From contig OZ024741.1 in assembly GCA_964016885.1 (NCBI GenBank), positions 280,054,001-280,118,000 on the forward strand: DNA of 64,000 nt, read 5' to 3'. Under the pieces are notes generated by a model that saw only the letters and a program-made list of their open reading frames with translations, made no database searches and was not told the origin of the DNA. Made by a program: the position numbers and the translations under genes. Source of the DNA: Eledone cirrhosa. Taxonomy: Eukaryota. How positions within the stretch are numbered: the stretch's first letter is position 1; the number at the start of each line of letters is the position of its first letter. Below, piece by piece: positions 63,253-64,000 of the stretch.

Positions 63253-63480
63253 TTTACGTCCGCTTTTCCCTGCTTGCAAGGGTGGGACGGGTCTTATTCA
63301 GCACAGCATCTCTCCACTCGTCACGGTCCCTCGTCATCTCCACCGTGAGCTTCAATGATCTGAGGTCTGTTCTCACCACCTCCGCCCATGTTTTTCGTGG
63401 TCTACCTCTACCACGTCTTCCTTCAACTGGCATTTCCTGGCACTTCTTCACCCATCGGTCATCCTCCATGCGCATCACAT
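63221..63480 (-). mobile_element. RTE LINE 3' end, young and heavily 5'-truncated
   Basis: Open frame MRMEDDRWVKKC..GRRGRGRPRKTW..DRDEWR..RPTLASREKRT* followed by (atg)n. Confidence 0.9.
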
Positions 63481-63857
63481 ATATTAGTGGAAGTAGAGGA
63501 TCAACTGAGTTTGGCAGTTTCGGTTAGAACTAGTTGAAACTGTTGGGCTCCTGGTAGCTCCTCTACTTCCATCAATACACCTACTCTGCATCTTACCATG
63601 TATTAAGTACTTCTTTGATTTGTGGTCTTCCCAGTCATAGTATTGCAGACTATATATATACATATATGTATATGTATATATATATATGTGTGTGTGTGTG
63701 TGTAGCAATATCCGTAGATGTGAAAAGGAAAAAGGAAAACTGCGCTCAATCAGGAAGAGTGCAGAAATATGTTATTTATAATTTTCATGCACGAAACAAG
63801 GGTAGCACTTTTGTTCCGTGTATGTACATTAATAAATAATATAATATATATGTTATC

Positions 63858-63990
63858 CATGAGCTTGGCTGGTCTTACTTGTTCCAGTTGGATCAATTCA
63901 GGACGGTTGCTTCTGACAGGACCCGCTGGAAGGAGTGTTTGAGGAATGTGCCCCCTCGACTCTCTCAGAAATAAGTGGGTGAAGAAGAAG
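63858..63990 (+). mobile_element. RTE (Expander-like) extreme 3' end
   Basis: VASDRTRWKECLRNVPPRLSQK* followed by a (gaa)n tail. Confidence 0.55.
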
Positions 63991-64000
63991 ATATATATAT

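Overview
AT-rich, repeat-dense animal genomic DNA. The SINE and RTE families and the microsatellite load look cephalopod (Octopus-like); this is an inference. The only host coding sequence I can support is two short phase-0 exons on the + strand (16055-16207 and 54713-54829). They encode the N-terminal region of a JMJD1C/KDM3-family histone demethylase and are separated by a 38.5 kb intron; the ORF track misses both. The rest is probably intronic and filled with mobile DNA. It includes a full-length but internally broken Ty3/Gypsy LTR element (4034-9323), a 5'-truncated Penelope-like element with 261-bp inverted terminal repeats (59208-61574), an RTE LINE ending in three C2H2-type zinc fingers, a Tx1/L1 3' fragment in a (TATC)n tract and a deleted DD37D Tc1/mariner. 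There are also Tigger-, hAT- and piggyBac-like MITEs, a Helitron 3' end and many tRNA-derived SINEs. Notable structures are a 420-bp satellite with an internal inversion, 46-bp and 71-bp minisatellites, several long hairpins, a minimal hammerhead ribozyme core and a candidate recursive-splice/poison exon. All alignments were done by eye, and no database search was run.
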